IMG/VR virus record: IMGVR_UViG_2061766007_000442
Source: an uncultured virus (IMG/VR IMGVR_UViG_2061766007_000442)
Taxonomy: Duplodnaviria; Heunggongvirae; Uroviricota; Caudoviricetes
Length of the DNA: 64,000 nucleotides
Direction: 5' to 3' (one strand)
Positions 61,862-64,000 of the stretch are shown piece after piece. The notes beneath the pieces are model-generated. The model saw only the letters and a program-made list of their open reading frames with translations, made no database searches and was not told where the DNA came from. Position 1 is the stretch's first letter, and the number at the start of each line of letters is the position of its first letter. The position numbers and the translations under genes are program-made.

Positions 61862-62125
61862 GTAAGAAAGAAAGAAAGAAACTTGAAAAAAGAATAAAGA
61901 AGCCGTTGGAATTTTCCAACCACTCCCACAAAGATTATTTTGTTGAGAGAATAGTTTTTATGGGGGTGAATGGGTTTCGGGTTATCCCAACAACACCTAG
62001 GCTCTGCATGGTAAGCCGCTTAGCGGATAATTGCCACAACCGACAAAAATAAATCCGTAAGTCTTTGGGTGAGGTGTCACGGATGAGGGCACAAGAAACT
62101 AAAGCAGGAGAAAAACCCGAAAAAA
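61862..62125 (+). ncRNA. Candidate ~260-nt structured RNA
   Basis: Perfect TTGACA-17-TATAAT at 61827, multiple stems, no RBS-linked ORF. Confidence 0.4.
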
Positions 62126-62222
62126 GTTCTTGACTGTCACTAGTTGACATGATATAATTTAGGTAAAGAAAAAGCTAAAGGGGCTTTTTCAAGATAGCCG
62201 AAAGGCAGAAAGTAGGTGTACC

Positions 62223-62576
62223 ATGACCAAGAAGAATTCGATGACCCGCGCTGAGGCTCTGCAGAACGCTATTGCACTGTTCCCGTCTGACGCGCCCGAG
62301 GTTGAGGTGCTGGACAAGATGCTCCAGTCCATCACGAAGCCCCGCAAGAAGTCCGACGCCCCGAGCAAGGCAAGGGTCGAGAACGAGAAGCTGGCGCAGG
62401 ACATGCGCGACGCTATCCAGCGCAACGGCTCGCCCGTCAATGCCAAGTGGATTACCGAGCATGTGCGCGGTATCATGACCACGCAGAAAGCGGCAGCGGT
62501 CGCAAGGGTCGGCGTTGAGTTGGGTATCATCAACAAGATTGTTGACGGTCGCAACGTCTCGTACAACGTCTGCTAG
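62223..62576 (+). CDS. Small basic protein, possible winged-helix DNA-binding protein, 117 aa
   Basis: Promoter TTGACT-17-TATAAT at 62130 and AGGTG RBS. Very GC-rich codons. TTQKAAAVARVGVELGIINKIVDGRNVSY resembles a wHTH wing. Confidence 0.6.
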   Translation: MTKKNSMTRAEALQNAIALFPSDAPEVEVLDKMLQSITKPRKKSDAPSKARVENEKLAQDMRDAIQRNGSPVNAKWITEHVRGIMTTQKAAAVARVGVELGIINKIVDGRNVSYNVC

Positions 62577-62719
62577 TCCTTGCCCCGCCGGGCGGTGTAA
62601 AAGCCGCCCGGCAAGGCGGGGCAAAAAAAATTTAAAAAAGTTTCAGAAAACCTCTTGACAAACTAGGGTCGAGGGGTTATTCTATTATTGTAAGGTAAGA
62701 CAAAGAAAGGGGTTTACAA

Positions 62720-62899
62720 ATGTTTGAAGTGTTCGCAGAATTCGACCTTTTGTGGTATGGTTTCGCAGAAGCCTACTATCAGGGCAAGAACTACGAAGAT
62801 TGCAAGGCACAAGTCGTGCAAGCCTTGGAGACGTGCGGCGGGGGACATGCTGACATGTTTAACGCAGACGGGGAATTCATCGACGACGTGGAGGTGTAA
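62720..62899 (+). CDS. Small acidic early protein, 59 aa (below ORF-track cutoff)
   Basis: Promoter at 62655 and GAAAGGGG RBS; MFEVFAEFDLLWYG...DDVEV*. Confidence 0.65.
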   Translation: MFEVFAEFDLLWYGFAEAYYQGKNYEDCKAQVVQALETCGGGHADMFNADGEFIDDVEV

Positions 62900-63259
62900 A
62901 AAATTTTAAAAAATTTTCAAAAAAGCCCTTGCATTAGCAGGGGCTTTATGCTATTATTAAACCATAGAAAGAGGGATGCAGTCGAACCAAAGGCTGAGCA
63001 GGTTCACGAGGAGTCCGTTCAAAAAAAAAAAAAAAAAANNNNNNNNNNCTGCTGGATATTTGCGAGAAGTTCGCCGCCCTTGGCTTTGTTATCGGTGTCA
63101 TTAGCTGGACTGCCAAGAATGGCACAAAGGAATACAATAAAGCCGTTCGCGCCGCTAAAAGGGCTTGGCTCGATGCNNNNNNNNNNAAAAAGTACTTGAC
63201 ACACTCCAACAGATAGCCTACAATATCATTGTAAGGTTAAAGAAAGAAAGGGGCAAAAA

Positions 63260-63460
63260 ATGGCATTGTTCGTAACTGCAATTATCGTCATGGCTATGAC
63301 GGCTATTCCGGTCTACAACCTTATGGAGATTCCGTTTATGCGGCTTAGCAAGAAGCGCGGTCGTTACATTAAGACGGATATTCCCGTTTGGAAGTTCGCC
63401 GCCGTTCTGCTCATCGTCGCCGGTATCGTTGCCATTGTTCAGGCGTGGGCAATCTTCTAA
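63260..63460 (+). CDS. Small two-TM membrane protein, 66 aa
   Basis: Promoter TTGACA-17-TACAAT at 63196, RBS, two hydrophobic segments. Confidence 0.7.
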   Translation: MALFVTAIIVMAMTAIPVYNLMEIPFMRLSKKRGRYIKTDIPVWKFAAVLLIVAGIVAIVQAWAIF

Positions 63461-63551
63461 AAAAAGAATAAAGATTTTTCAAGAAAACCCCTTGCGAGGG
63501 GTTTTTCTTTGTGCTAAAATAGAAGTGTCAAGTTAAAGAAAGGGGTATCTA

Positions 63552-64000
63552 ATGAACGCGATTTATTTTGACATGGACGGGACTATTGCAGACCTTTACA
63601 ACGTCAATGGCTGGTTGGAGAAACTGCAAGCTAGCGACGTAACGCCCTATGAGGATGCTGCACCGCTGGTTGACATGCGGGAATTGCTGGACATTTGCGA
63701 GAAGTTCGCCGCCCTCGGCTTTGTTATCGGTGTCATTAGCTGGACTGCCAAGAATGGCACGAAGGAATACAATAAAGCCGTTCGCGCCGCTAAAAGGGCT
63801 TGGCTCGATGCTCATTTTCCGTGTGTTGACGAACTCCACGTAGTGAAGTATGGAACACCTAAGCACCGTACCGCCAAGATTAAAGGGGCTATTCTCGTTG
63901 ATGATAATGCGGACGTGCGCAAGGCTTGGGAAAGGTACACCGAAGAAAATTGCACGGTTGATGCAAGCGAACCTAAAAATCTTTTGGAAAATTTGCAAAA
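63552..64000 (+). CDS. HAD-superfamily 5'(3')-nucleotidase-like protein (runs off window)
   Basis: MNAIYFDMDGTIAD (HAD motif I), ISW, KRAWL and ILVDDN (motif IV). GAAAGGGG RBS. Confidence 0.8.
   Translation, partial: MNAIYFDMDGTIADLYNVNGWLEKLQASDVTPYEDAAPLVDMRELLDICEKFAALGFVIGVISWTAKNGTKEYNKAVRAAKRAWLDAHFPCVDELHVVKYGTPKHRTAKIKGAILVDDNADVRKAWERYTEENCTVDASEPKNLLENLQ

Noticed and set aside
62958..63176. Poly-A/poly-Lys ORF and second HAD fragment
   Set aside because: The homopolymer runs into a gap, and 63049-63176 is a variant duplicate of 63685-63811.
55000..64000. tRNA (e.g. UCA suppressor) or theta/HDV ribozyme
   Set aside because: No cloverleaf with T-loop consensus and no HDV-like core was recognised by eye; tRNAscan-SE, ARAGORN and Infernal should confirm.

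Overview
The window is part of a large tailed (siphovirus-like) phage of a Gram-positive host, from a gappy metagenomic scaffold in which strain variants are duplicated around N-gaps. Bases 1-55,000 are an AT-rich, minus-strand late/morphogenesis operon. In gene order it holds a putative regulator, terminase subunits, portal, prohead protease/scaffold, capsid, head-tail proteins, tail tube, a ~2,900-aa tape measure, tail-tip/fibre proteins, a holin-like protein and a GT2-TPR glycosyltransferase. The standard-code ORF track shatters these genes because TGA is read as Trp (genetic code 4): the fragments rejoin in frame and the TGAs fall on family-conserved Trp positions. Recoding depends on gene class. 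It is absent from the early genes and the high-copy head/tube proteins, and frequent in the regulator, packaging, tail and holin-like genes. The capsid TAG stop is followed in frame by a start-less 198-codon domain, a candidate amber readthrough product. Bases 55,300-64,000 are a GC-richer early region of small plus-strand genes, each with a near-consensus sigma70 promoter. They are interleaved with perfect Gram-positive LexA (SOS) boxes, ORF-less antisense promoter-terminator cassettes and several candidate structured small RNAs. No tRNA, integrase, endolysin or CRISPR array was recognised. All product calls come from motif recognition and gene order, not database searches.
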